Below, piece after piece: positions 1-14,759 of a stretch of DNA of 64,000 nucleotides. Where the stretch lies: contig OZ024741.1 of the NCBI GenBank assembly GCA_964016885.1, positions 12,896,001 through 12,960,000 of the forward strand, read 5' to 3'. A program made the translations under genes and the position numbers. Under the pieces are notes generated by a model. It worked only from the letters and a program-made list of their open reading frames with translations. It did not search any database and was not told where the DNA came from. Position 1 is the stretch's first letter. Every line of letters begins with the position of its first letter. Origin of the DNA: Eledone cirrhosa. Taxonomy: Eukaryota.

Positions 1-479
1 ATGTTGCAAGTCTTTGTTAGAGAGTAGCACAGGTAACAGGTTCAATCTTTGAAAGACCCCTTATGTTATTCAATAAAGGACTCATCAGAGAAATATATGT
101 ATTAAGGAAATATCGTCCCTATTGAATAGCAAGTCGGTTGGATCGAACTACAGAAATAATATTAGTGTTACTGATCTCCTCGACGAGCAGACTCAGCCCA
201 CTGTGGAGTAGATAATAGGGGCAGAAGTAAGACAAAGTTAAACCCAGTGGGATTTCAATTAAAACTACTGGGATGAAGCTAAATAAAATAAAGTATTTAA
301 TGTGACATTCTATATGAAGACTCATTAACTCCTTAATTATATTTTCTGGCTCTTTACAGTAGGGAATTGTGTAGCAATTTATAAAGGGGTGGACCAGATG
401 TACCGACTGGCTCTCCCTCACATAGGCCCCGATATGGGTAGCTTATACGTCACAGGTATCATATATGACGTCGGTGCTT

Positions 480-690
480 GTCTGCCGTGGATAATTTATC
501 TGGTGTGGCTAACTTATCTGGTGCGGGTAGCTTATCTGTCGGGGATACATGATCTGGTGTGGGTAACTTAACTTGTGTGGATACCTTATCTGGTGCTGGT
601 AACTTGTCTGCCGTGGGTACTTTATCTGGCGGGAGTAACCTATCTGCCGTGGGTACTTTATCTACCAAGGGTAGCTTATCCGGAGTGGGT
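480..690. repeat. Degenerate 18-bp tandem repeat
   Basis: TTATCTG(GT/CC)GTGGGTA(A/G)C units. Confidence 0.8.
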
Positions 691-864
691 GTGTATCCCA
701 TGTGAGTAATTATTGGAATAGTTAGAGAATTGGTTATAAAAATATATTTTAAAAAGAAACTCGTTGCTTCAAATGGAAATGGGAGAATATCAGTGCAAAA
801 ATGGAAATTATGCGGTGCAATTGAAACCAAACAGATGAGGTTATGGGACACTAATATTGGGCTT

Positions 865-914
<50 letters not shown>

Positions 915-1160
915 GATAGTGAGTAAAATCGAAGTTGTAGCTAATGCAGCATCTCCCGAAAGAACAATTCTCAGAGCTGACACAAGAACTCGATAAGACG
1001 ATATCGATAAATCGATAAATTAAATCTTAGAGTAATAAACATTCGTTAAATGTGTGACAAACTGAAAACTGTGGCTAGGTAAAAGAATGCCACAACTGCC
1101 ACTACAACAACGAAAATACAAACAGGTTAATATATATACATAGATGTATATACATAGATG

Positions 1161-1221
<61 letters not shown>

Positions 1222-1574
1222 GTATGTATATATGCATGTACAAATGTATGTGTGTATATATGTATGTGTGTGCATGTGTGCAAGGCAAAAGCCAGTGATA
1301 AACATGAACATTGAAGCAAAGTGTGCAAAACATTAGATTTATGTAAACTTCAATAATGTTCTTCACAGTAAATTCTATTTGTAAGTCAATATATTACACT
1401 CTGTTCTACTATTCCAAAGTTATATACTATACTATACTATACTATACTATACTATGTCATACTATAATTACTCTAACGTAATACACTGTTTATAAACCAC
1501 TTATAACCCCATAATTATCAGTTCCAATATCTCACCGTAATTGGAATATAAAAAAAGGGCAACATACTCTAGAC

Positions 1575-2208
1575 CAGGCATGGGTAACAGTTTTCGTGCT
1601 GTGGACCACATAGGATGTGACTCATCATAAGGTGGACCACATAGGATGTGACTCATCATAAGGTGGACCACATAGGATGTGACATATCATAAGGTGGACC
1701 ACATAGGATGTGACATATCATAAGGTGGACCACATAGGATGTGGCTCATCATAAGGTGGACCACATAGGATGTGACTCATCATAAGGTGGGCCACATAGG
1801 ATGTGACTCATCATAAGGTGGGCCACATAGGATGTGACTCATCATAAAGTGGACCACATAGGGTGTGGTTCATCATAAGGTGGACCACATAGGGTGTGGT
1901 TCATCATAAGGTGGACCACATAGGGTGTGGTTCATCATAAGGTGGACCACATAGGATGTGGTTCATCATAAGGTGGACCACATAGGATGTGACTCATCAT
2001 AAGGTGGACCACATAGGATGTGACTCATCATAAGGTGGACCACATAGGATGTGACTCATCATAAGGTGGACCACATAGGGTGTGGTTCATCATAAGGTGG
2101 ACCACATAGGGTGTGGTTCATCATAAGGCACTACTAAAAATGGAAGGCAATTTTGAAATTCAACGTGCCATTCAGAAAGCATTCGTGCATGACAGTTTGC
2201 CATGATTG
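1575..2208 (+). mobile_element. hAT (Charlie/Buster-type) MITE with an internal 29-bp tandem array
   Basis: TIR CAGGCATGGGTAA ... TTGCCATGATTG. Perfect 8-bp TSD CTCTAGAC at 1567-1574 and 2209-2216. Confidence 0.8.
1601..2128. repeat. 29-bp minisatellite, ~18 copies
   Basis: Unit GGTGGACCACATAGGATGTGACTCATCATAA with block-wise variants. Confidence 0.95.
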
Positions 2209-2633
2209 CTCTAGACTGGCCAGAAGCTTCTGTAGTCAATGTATGTGATATAACGTGGTTTCATGATTAAGCTGTCAGGGTTTCGATTCCTCGTGGTGTG
2301 TTGTTCCCTTGAGCAAGACATTTTATTTCATGTTGCTCCAGTCCAAAAATTCTTCGAACCTAGAATTCATAGGATAATCCTTGTCGCACACATAGACACA
2401 CATAATCTCCCTGAGAATTACATTAAGGGTACACGTGCTTGTGCAATGCTCAGCTACTTGCACATTAATTTTATGATCAGGCTATTTGGTTGTTTGAACA
2501 ACTGGAACATTCATCGTCGTTATCGACGGTGGTCCACTCACACACACACACACACACACACAATATATATATATATATATGTTGATTTAAAACTGCACTA
2601 TCCACAAGTGTTTTTAACCTTCATATCATGTCC

Positions 2634-2704
2634 TATTTTATCTGATGAAAACACAAATGTTATTGCATGGTGATATTTGTTTTTGAAATGCGCATAATAA
2701 AATA
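2634..2704 (+). ncRNA. Type I hammerhead ribozyme motif (canonical core)
   Basis: TATTTTAT-CTGATGA-[~14-bp stem II]-GAAA-TGCGCA-TA-ATAAAATA. 8-bp stem I, palindromic stem III ATGCGCAT, AUA cleavage triplet. Lies in a ~155-bp insert between TA tracts. Confidence 0.8.
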
Positions 2705-3861
2705 CATGGAACTCATTTAACCATCTTTTGATCTTATATATTATATATATATATATATATATATTAATCTAGAAAATATAAGCGATCATCTATATTTCAG
2801 AATTTCTCAGAACTCAGAGCACATACGCCTGAGCAATAATGTCATGCTTTTGATTTCGTGTGATAGTGGGCTACAGGCTGATGCCACTACAAACAAAAGC
2901 AATATCAACCCAGTCTGACTTATTACGAATAACTTCTCATGTATTGCTAATAGTTCATGTTGGCATATAATAATTGTTTCTACTTTTGGTACAAGGCCAG
3001 CAATTATCCCATTGTATTACTGGTACTTTATTTTATCGACCCCGTAAGGATGAAAGGCAAAGTTAACCTCGGCGGGATTTGAACTCAGACCATAAAGGGC
3101 CGTAACTCTATGCTGCAAAGCATGGCGTCCGACGTTCTACTGATACTGCCAATCCACCGCCCTATATGTTGGCATATAATAATAGCATAATTTACTGTCA
3201 ATAGGCACGGTGGGTTGTACCAAGGAGTTGGGCCATCTCGTGTATTACAGTGTGTATAACTGTATATACATACTCTGGATTTAGGTATAAACTGGTGTAA
3301 GTGATTGTATGAGGAGCATACGTGGTATTGTGTATGTATATATGTGGGAGTGCATGTGTGTGATACTGTATGTATATTTATATCCGATCCGTGGATTAAA
3401 ACTGCGGTAATTGTTAGCAAAGAAAATAAACGATTAAACACATGTTAGTGTGTAACACATATATATACATGTATATACACTCTGTACATGTTAGTGTGTA
3501 ACACATATATATATATGCATATACACCCTGTACACACAATATTTATATTTAGATGGTACCTATAATTATATTAATGTATTCACACTCATAAACACACAGA
3601 CATGCATATACATACATACAAACACACACATACAGATACACGCAAACACATACACATATATACATATATATATACATCTACATACATTTTATATATATAT
3701 ATATATATATATAGCGGTAATATACTTCCTCATTTTTTAATCAGTTCGAGTATTTCTTTAGAACTGCTGGAGTAGTAACCTGACAGATACCTCAGGCACT
3801 GATGGTGATTATCGCTAAATACTGATGTTGGTTAGATTATCAATATTAGTATTATTGGGCA

Positions 3862-3989
3862 CCCACTGAAGAATTATAGGAGCCCACTTGAATATATATC
3901 TGTCCATTGTATACAAGCTCCTACATAAATTGGTATAATTTCATCCAAAATTGTAGGAATCTTATAATGAAACGAGACGTCCGTCTGGG
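3862..3989 (+). ncRNA. Type I hammerhead motif with ~95-nt stem II
   Basis: CCCA-CTGAAGA-ATTATAGGA...TCTTATAAT-GAAA-CGAGACGTCCG-TC-TGGG. Near-palindromic stem III, GUC triplet. Confidence 0.65.
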
Positions 3990-4149
3990 AAGAGATATAT
4001 CTCATGAAATAATACAGCCATTTTTCCACGCAATACTTTTAGTTAGCACCCCGAACACATAATTGGGAATATAATCACTTATTTCCTAATGTTTCTTGAG
4101 TGAGTTGGAATTTGGCCGGAGTATCGCTAAAAAGCTTTCTCCGATAATG

Positions 4150-6070
<1,921 letters not shown>

Positions 6071-6159
6071 GGAAAAGGTTCAGGACCCCGAGAGCAGAGT
6101 TCAAGCCATTTCGACGGCTGTGCGTTATGGTCCACCTGGTTCCTTACCACACTTCTTTC

Positions 6160-6217
<58 letters not shown>

Positions 6218-7219
6218 CATATATACATAAACACACACATAAATATATATATACATATATATATAGATGTATATATGTATATATAATGTATAATTTCAGG
6301 AATATTGAAAATAAACAGTACTACTTCATCCAGAGACTCAGGAAGACCAACAAACTATATTATATCAAAAAAACCACACATAAACACATAAACACTTATG
6401 TTTTAATAGGTTTTAATTACTATCTATGGTTATATATCAATTAATCTCCTAATTAACACACAATATATTATTCTATTAATGTTAAAAATATTTCACTTGG
6501 ACTTAGAAAAAGAAAGGACGATACTATTACTTACACATCTATAGAAAATATGGCGTGCACAAACAACTTGTTGATATATATGAAGGAAACCTTTACTATA
6601 GTTTTAACTATATAAGATATAACCAACTCAATATTGTAAACATACGGTAGACTTAAGAAGCATTGGGGTAATTTGATATTTAATATGTAGTCGTCCCAAC
6701 GCAGGTAACTACAATAGAAGGGTAAACCGCCGTCGACGTAGACCGAGGTATTCACTCTGTCAACGTCAAGGGTGGTTTACCCATTTTTCCCAAATATTAT
6801 TTAGACTGAACCACTATTATTATAGTCACCTACGTTTGAACGACTACATTTTAAATTTCGAATTCAATAATATTTTTCTAACGAATGTAATTACTAATGT
6901 TATTTCTATAGATATTAATTCTATCATTATATTAATTGCAATGAAGAGGCTAAACAGTAATAATATTACGTCTAACTTCTAAATATATTTGTTTTGTTAC
7001 TTTTTCTTCTGGATTTTGAAAACAAAAACACAAAACAGAAAATATTTTATATATTATAGAATATATTATTATTCAGACATACATACATATATATATACAA
7101 TACAACATTGAAAGTTTCATGGTGCAGCGTGCAGTATCTTGTGCATGCATGCATACCACACACACACATACATTTATAGAATATATATTATTATATAAAT
7201 ATATATATAAATATATATA

Positions 7220-7417
7220 CGAGGGTAGGCTGAACAGCTGATAGGCTGACTATGAAGGAGTGATGCTAGAGCTGTGAAATCTGGCATACATTAATTTCAA
7301 CACATCTTATTAATAAATGTATTGTTTCTTTCCAGGGACTATGTTGAAAAATAAACTTCATTTGGTCATTCCATGAGAGTATCTTAGACAGCCTATGAAC
7401 TTTTCAGCCGGTCCTCG
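7220..7417. mobile_element. Mariner-derived MITE
   Basis: Imperfect TIRs TACGAGGGTAGGCTGAACAGCTGATAGGCTG and CAGCCTATGAACTTTTCAGCCGGTCCTCGTA, set in a TA tract. Confidence 0.7.
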
Positions 7418-8303
7418 TACATATATATATATTTATATATATATACAGGCAAATATGTAAGTGTGTGTGCATATAATATAAAGAAATGCTTATACATTTC
7501 CGAATATGCAATCATGCTTGAATTCATATATACACTTTTCATTGTCTAAACATGCGATCATGCGTGATTGTAGAGTTGGGTGTTGATATAGGTGTATGTA
7601 TGTATGTATGTATGTATGTATGTATGTATGTGTGTATGTATGTGTGTATGTATGTATCACAACAATCTAAGCAGATTGTTTCTTTACTAGAAAACCTTTT
7701 AACCTGTTTGATGTTGTAGAGTATATATATATGAAACGTGACCTCTGCAAGCCATTTCATAGCCAAGCTCTCTAGAAAGAGAGTAACTCGGCCTCAATAT
7801 ATACAGTGTAGAGAGGACTGTTTCGTGGCACCATATAGAGGCAGTACATTGCCCCTTGTCCACACTGCAAAGTGGTTGAAACACTTCCACACTCAACCAG
7901 CCCTCGATGGCATGAAGAAAAAAAATCGCCGTAAAAATGACGCTGACGCTGATGATGATGATGATGATGATGGTGATGATGATGGTGACGATGGTGATGA
8001 TGATGATGATGATGATGACGGTGATAATGATGATGATGGTGATGATGATGGTGATGATGTGTGAGAAGACAATATATGAAGTGGACAAAAATAACACCAA
8101 GAAAAATTTGGACATATACATTTTCTTACAATAACATTTGGTTGTGGTGTGGGTGATGAAGGAATGGGGGGATTGGGTGAAGGAGTGGATTAAATTATAT
8201 TATTGAGACATGTTAAGTTGCAAGGCCGCCATTCGGAGAGAGACTAAACCAATGCCTCGGCACTGGAATTGGAATTTCTTGTAAAACATCTATATAATGG
8301 ACG

Positions 8304-8351
<48 letters not shown>

Positions 8352-10191
8352 TTAATAATAATAATAATAATAGTAATGGCTTCTGATTTAGGCACAAGGC
8401 CAGCAATTTGGGGGAGAGGAAAGTCGTTTAAATCGACCCCAGTGCGACACTGGTACTTTATTCTATCGACCCCTTAAGGTTGAAAGGCTAACCTCGACGG
8501 GATTTGAACTCAGAATTAAATGGATGTAACTATATGTTACAAAGCATGCTGGCTGACGCTCAATAATAGCTTGTGTGAAGAAATACCTATGATGGCTAGT
8601 AGACCACTGATGACGGATATTCCTGGCTTCTATTTCTAATTCTTGATTTATTATATATATATATATATATAGTTTAGGCAAGTTGATAACATAACCATAT
8701 TAGGCAAACCATAATTCAAAGCTCAAATGAGATTTTATGGTCCAGAGCATGATGGGTAAAAGACAGTTCAGTTTTCGATTTGAAGATGTCTGATATCGAT
8801 GGTAAATATGTTATATTGTTTAATGGATTCTGAAGAAATCAGTACAGAGAAGAATGAATAATTGAAGATCTTACAATATTAAATAATTTAATGTAATTTA
8901 ATCCTTGTCATTTATATATATATATATATAGTAATAATAATAAATGTGAAGACTAAAATCCAAAGAGGGCTCGATAAGGATAAATATATATCAAAGAAAC
9001 CGAGAGCAAATATTTATTAAGATAACAGATTAAAGTTTAAGCAAAGAATTGCTGCTTTCACCCTTAACGGGATCTTCTGAAATATATATATATATATATA
9101 TATATATGAGACTCGCCATACTCGATATGGTGAGTCAAAAATCATCTTTTTAATTACTTGAAATTATGACCACAACCGTGATCATAAAAAGATTCATTTG
9201 TGTTGTTAATGAAAATTATTCTTAATAGTGACAAGGGTGAGTTTCCCGAAATTTCAATTGATAGAAAAATAAATTGTAGATCTCCATGTGAGTGTGAGTG
9301 TGTTAATGATTTCGATGCTGTAGTTAATTTATAGGGCCAATTAATTGGCATATAAAAGAGAAAAGAGGTTTTAATGTTTATTACGCATTCCCTTCTACAT
9401 TTAAATATTTCTACATTTATTTCTACATTTAAATATTTAATTAGATAAGGGAGAGAACTGATGTCTTTCTACTTTCATTTCATTTGCTTGTTTGTCTCGG
9501 ATGATGCACAGGAATGTCAGCGAAGAAAAGAAAGAGTAAAGGATGTAATAATGATGGCGATGATGATGATTATAAAAATTGTAATAATGATAATAATAAT
9601 AATAAAAATAATAATAATGATAGAGGGAGAGAAAGAGAGAGAAAGAGAGAGGCTAAAAGGTTATTGAGAACATTCCATTGAACTAAATCGTAAATAATAA
9701 TAATAATGATAAATGAATAAATATATAATCAAATAAATAAATAAATAATGAAGTGTTAGTTTTTTTAGCTATATATATAATATATATACTTTATATACGA
9801 TCTGTTTATATATATATCATGCGCCATTTTGCTTGGTCGTATGACTATATATATATATAATATATATAGGTATATATATATGTGTGTATATATATATACT
9901 AAATATATATATATACTATATTATATACTATATATATATATATATATACATATATATATACTATATTATATACTATATATATATATATATACTATATTAT
10001 ATACTATATATATATATATATACTATATTATATACTATATATATATATATATACTATATTATATACTATATATATATATATATATACTATATTATATACT
10101 ATATATATATATATATATACTATATTATATACTATATATATATATACTATATTATATACTATATATATATATATATATATACTATATTATA

Positions 10192-10235
<44 letters not shown>

Positions 10236-10575
10236 ACGATCAGAGGCCAATCTATTAGTTACGCAGTAGAGAGAGATCAAGATATCGCATTTAGAAATAA
10301 AAAATAAAAATGAAAAACTACCATAAATATTATTATAGAATTTCATAGTAATATTGTAATACATATACATAGAGCCATATATGTATATAACAGCGAGCCA
10401 TGCCGAGAAAATAAGAAGTATAGAAAAAAGTGTGTTGTAGAGGCATCACCACATTCATAGGAAAGCCTCTATCTTAACACGAAAGAAGCTTTTCATGTCT
10501 TCATATAAAGACAATCTTCTTTTTTTTTTCCAGTACTTTTTGCCTTTCTTATTTTTTTTTTATTCTATAGCAGAC

Positions 10576-10680
10576 CTCTTTGAACTCCTGAATTTGATTT
10601 TGGTTAAACATGGCAAATATATTCGATGTTGCTCTTTGTGTACGGGGTCTACTGGGGTTGGTCTTTTTGCGAGAGGCGGC
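10576..10680 (-). CDS. Myosin regulatory light chain, alternative N-terminal exon B (smooth/non-muscle type with MLCK/ROCK site)
   Basis: tttcag|[35 protein letters not shown]|gtctg. 105 nt, phase 0/0. [18 protein letters not shown] is the hallmark of MYL9/MYL12/sqh-type RLCs. Confidence 0.92.
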
Positions 10681-10800
10681 CTGAAACATAAGAAACGAGG
10701 GAAGAGGATTTCAACGGGTGGGAAAACAATGAAACATTTAACACACAGTGATTGATTATCTCCCTCGAGGGGGGTTTTGTTTTCTTTTGAAGAGCCATAC

Positions 10801-10851
10801 CTCTTTCAACTCCTGCATCTGTCTCTGGGACAACTTCACTCTTTTTGGACC
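10801..10851 (-). CDS. Myosin regulatory light chain, alternative N-terminal exon A (muscle type)
   Basis: Minus strand reads tttctag|GGT CCA AAA AGA GTG AAG TTG TCC CAG AGA CAG ATG CAG GAG TTG AAA GAG|gtatgg = GPKRVKLSQRQMQELKE. 51 nt, phase 0/0. Closely matches the squid mantle RLC N-terminus as I recall it (AEEAPRRVKLSQRQMQELKEAF). Confidence 0.9.
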
Positions 10852-11583
10852 CTAGAAATAGTTAAAACTTGTCATGATTACTGAGCAAAAACAAACAAAA
10901 TATTTCATAATAATAATAATGGTTTCTGAGTTAGGCACAAGGCGACATTTATGGACATTTATGGCTTTCATTTATTATTATTTCTCTGAAAAACGTGAAT
11001 ATTAGTGACTGAGAAGATGAGGTATTCTTTCACTTGGTTTCTGCACGACGCCATTAAAATCCTGCTGCAATGGTAATAGTTCGATTGTATCAACATTGAA
11101 GAGACTTGAATCTTCTCTCAAATGTTCGTGTTTAATCGAAAGGTTACAGTCCAGAGTCTTGGGAATATATCGACCAGATCCAGGCAGTCCAGAGTCTTGG
11201 GAATCTATCGAAAAGATTCCAGACCTCACTGGAGTGGAACTCGTCAAATCGGACAAAGGAAACAATGTTTCCAATAGTCTTTCTATTGCTGGTACTATTT
11301 AGCAGTCGTAAGATCCTGGCAGAAAGAGCAACGTGAAGTAAAGTGTCTTGCCCAAGGAAATAACGCATCGCCCGGGCAGGAATTGAATTCACAGCCTCAG
11401 GATTGCCAATCCAATTCTCTAACCACTAAGCCACATTAGAGTCTTTAAAATGTATAAAGAAAGATTTTCCTTCGATGCTCTGGAATGGAAGAAAACAATA
11501 GTTAAAATTAATCAAAAACTTCTTCTCTCAATGGTTTTTTTCATATTTCTCCTACCAACTATTTCTTTCTCTCCTCCGTCTGT

Positions 11584-12975
11584 AATTTGTTGCTTAGTGT
11601 CACTTGTTGCTGCAGCAATATTATTGAGGAAAGGTCTGTCATTTGTTGCTTAGTGTCACTTGTTGTTGCAGCAATATTATTGAGGAAAGGTCTGTCGTTT
11701 GTTGCTTAGTGTCACTTGTTGCTGCAGCAATATTATTGAGGAAAGATCTGTCGTTTGTTGCTTAGTGTCACTTGTTGTTGCAGCAATATTATTGAGGAAA
11801 GGTCTGTCATTTGTTGCTTAGTGTCACTTGTTGCTGCAGCAATATTATTGAGGAAAGGTCTGTCATTTGTTGCTTAGTGTCACTTGTTGCTGCAGCAATA
11901 TTATTGAGGAAAGGTCTGTCGTTTGTTGCTTAGTGTCACTTGTTGCTGCAGCAATATTATTGAGGAAAGATCTGTCGTTTGTTGCTTAGTGTCACTTGTT
12001 GTTGCAGCAATATTATTGAGGAAAGGTCTGTCATTTGTTGCTTAGTGTCACTTGTTGCTGCAGCAATATTATTGAGGAAAGGTCTGTCGTTTGTTGCTTA
12101 GTGACACTTGTTGCTGCAGCAATATTATTGAGGAAAGGTCTGTCATTTGTTGCTTAGTGTCACTTGTTGCTGCAGCGATATTGAGGAAAGGTCTGTCGTT
12201 TGTTGCTTAGTGACACTTGTTGCTGCAGCAATATTATTGAGGAAAGGTCTGTCGTTTGTTGCTTAGTGTCACTTGTTGTTGCAGCAATATTATTGAGGAA
12301 AGGTCTGTCGTTTGTTGCTTAGTGTCACTTGTTGCTGCAGCAATATTATTGAGGAAATGTCTGTCGTTTGTTGCTTAGTGTCACTTGTTGCTGCAGCAAT
12401 ATTATTGAGGAAAGGTCTGTCGTTTGTTGCTTAGTGACACTTGTTGTTGCAGCAATATTATTGAGGAAAGGTCTGTCATTTGTTGCTTAGTGACACTTGT
12501 TGCTGCAGCAATATTATTGAGGAAAGGTCTGTCATTTGTTGCTTAGTGTCACTTGTTGCTGCAGCAATATTATTGAGGAAAGGTCTGTCATTTGTTGCTT
12601 AGTGACACTTGTTGCTGCAGCAATATTATTGAGGAAAGGTCTGTCATTTGTTGCTTAGTGTCACTTGTTGCTGCAGCAATATTATTGAGGAAAGGTCTGT
12701 CGTTTGTTGCTTAGTGTCACTTGTTGCTGCAGCAGTATTATTGAGGAAAGGTCTGTCATTTGTTGCTTAGTGACACTTGTTGCTGCAGCAATATTATTGA
12801 GGAAAGGTCTGTCATTTGTTGCTTAGTGTCACTTGTTGCTGCAGCAGTATTATTGAGGAAAGGTCTGTCATTTGTTGCTTAGTGACACTTGTTGCTGCAG
12901 CAATATTATTGAGGAAAGGTCTGTCATTTGTTGCTTAGTGACACTTGTTGCTGCAGCAATATTATTGAGGAAAGA
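11584..12975. repeat. 56-bp minisatellite, ~25 copies, intronic
   Basis: Unit TTTGTTGCTTAGTGTCACTTGTTGCTGCAGCAATATTATTGAGGAAAGGTCTGTCA. Confidence 0.95.
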
Positions 12976-13365
12976 ACAGCTCATAGATTAATACAATTAT
13001 AACAAGAAAGCCTTATTGTTGATCAAATCAATTAAATAACATCGAATGTTCTCACCAAATACCATAATTCCGAGTGGGGACTTATTAATGACCGATGACA
13101 AAATGTTAGATATTTCCAAGTGAACATTTCTCCAGTTATTTCAATGGAGGAAGTCGACAATATACTCCGGATTTGGAGAATGTAAGCGAGAGACTTTATA
13201 GGAATTCTGTTAAAATGTGGAAATAAATGTTCGCATCTTTTAATAGGATCAAAACATTAAATATATAACATTTTGCATTGGTAAATTATGTGTATGTATG
13301 TGAGTGTGTATACATACACACAAACACATACACACATATATATATTTGTATATGCATATATATAT

Positions 13366-13441
<76 letters not shown>

Positions 13442-13676
13442 TGTATATACTCGGAATTTGGTGAAATTGAAATGAGAGCTCGATTTGCCGTCTTCCTGTT
13501 TCTCTTTCGATCCGACACATACGCCGCCATTTTGAATTATGCCCTTTGGCGTTTGTGGGAACAGGTTGACTAGAATTCTTATCATTATATATATATATAT
13601 ATATATATATAGTTATATAGTTGTTATAAAGATGAGGGGGAAGAAGAAAACGATTTTTTATCTGGTGTATACTTAC

Positions 13677-13696
13677 TTCTTCTGCCATTGTTGATT
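13677..13696 (-). CDS. Myosin regulatory light chain start micro-exon (8 nt UTR + MAEE; coding 13677-13688)
   Basis: tatttcag|AATCAACA ATG GCA GAA GAA|gtaagt. Consensus acceptor and donor, A at -3, phase 0. Joins in frame to either alternative exon and gives the AEE start seen in squid RLC. Confidence 0.85.
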
Positions 13697-14146
13697 CTGA
13701 AATATATAAGAAGAAAAAATACAGTCAGAACAATCTCAGATAAATTACTGTCAACATATTTAATACAATATACATCAGAGGTTTAAATAGATCTACTATG
13801 TGGCGGGGAATAGACAACACTAATTCACTAACTAATATGATTTGTAAGTACGAGAGAAAAAAACCAGACATATTCCAGTCATGTGTATCCTCTTCAGCAA
13901 AACACAAACTTACTGGTATGTGAGTTGAGAGAGTGTCACTGATTAAAAGATCAACAAATCATGAAACAGCACTGTCTGACATTCTCTACCGTACTGGCAA
14001 CTCTGTGTTATATTCACAGAAAAAAATAGAATGAAATATGTTTTTTTTGCGAAAAATTATTTTTCTTTAATAGCGAGGCTATCAATATGTTTATTGTATA
14101 TAAAAGTATAGTATATGTTTATATATGTTTTCATATATACCCCTTA

Positions 14147-14177
<31 letters not shown>

Positions 14178-14178
14178 T

Positions 14179-14226
<48 letters not shown>

Positions 14227-14352
14227 AAAATTTCGCTCTACATGGCTGAACACAATAAATGTAATCTGAGTTTTTCGAATATTAATAATAACATTCGATT
14301 CGTTTGCAATTATGCAAACAAGCCTCAATTTTATAGCCATGCCAGCAGACAG

Positions 14353-14434
14353 GTTGGCATGTGAACAGTGAGCTGTACTGATGAAGGGTGATACTCAGAA
14401 ACATTAGTGTCTGCCGTTCTGTTCGCATGCCAAC
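14353..14434 (+). ncRNA. Type I hammerhead motif at the centre of a long fold-back
   Basis: CTGATGA 14378-14384, GAAA 14398-14401, stem III ACATTAGTGT, GTC 14409-14411. Stem I extends through GTTGGCATGTGAACAG/CTGTTCGCATGCCAAC. Confidence 0.7.
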
Positions 14435-14530
14435 ACAAGAGCAAGAATGAAGTGTTCATTCTACTGACATGGCTATAAAATTGAGGCTTGTTTGCATAAT
14501 TGCAAACGAATCGAATGTTATTCAGATTAC

Positions 14531-14659
<129 letters not shown>

Positions 14660-14681
14660 TGAAGTTTCCGTTGAAAACAAT

Positions 14682-14759
14682 ATTGCCTCGTCCGACGAAC
14701 GAATGAAGACGTTTCTTTCGTATTCGCCTTATTCGGGAAACCTCTGGTAATGAGGTAAT
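14682..14759 (+). ncRNA. Type I hammerhead-like motif (U4->C core variant)
   Basis: ATTGCCTCGT-CCGACGA-ACGAAT...ATTCGG-GAAA-CCTCTGG-TA-ATGAGGTAAT. 10-bp stem I with two G-U pairs. Confidence 0.6.

Noticed and set aside
30-100. Minus-strand CTGATGA followed by hairpins
   Set aside because: No GAAA...UH half inside the window.
459-983. 174-aa ORF with PDKLP repeats
   Set aside because: An 18-bp degenerate repeat plus a TA tract; no recognisable protein.
7808-7908. Minus-strand GAGGG-CTGGTTGA...GAAACAGTC-CTCTC hammerhead look-alike
   Set aside because: The core box is non-canonical and stems II and III are too weak.
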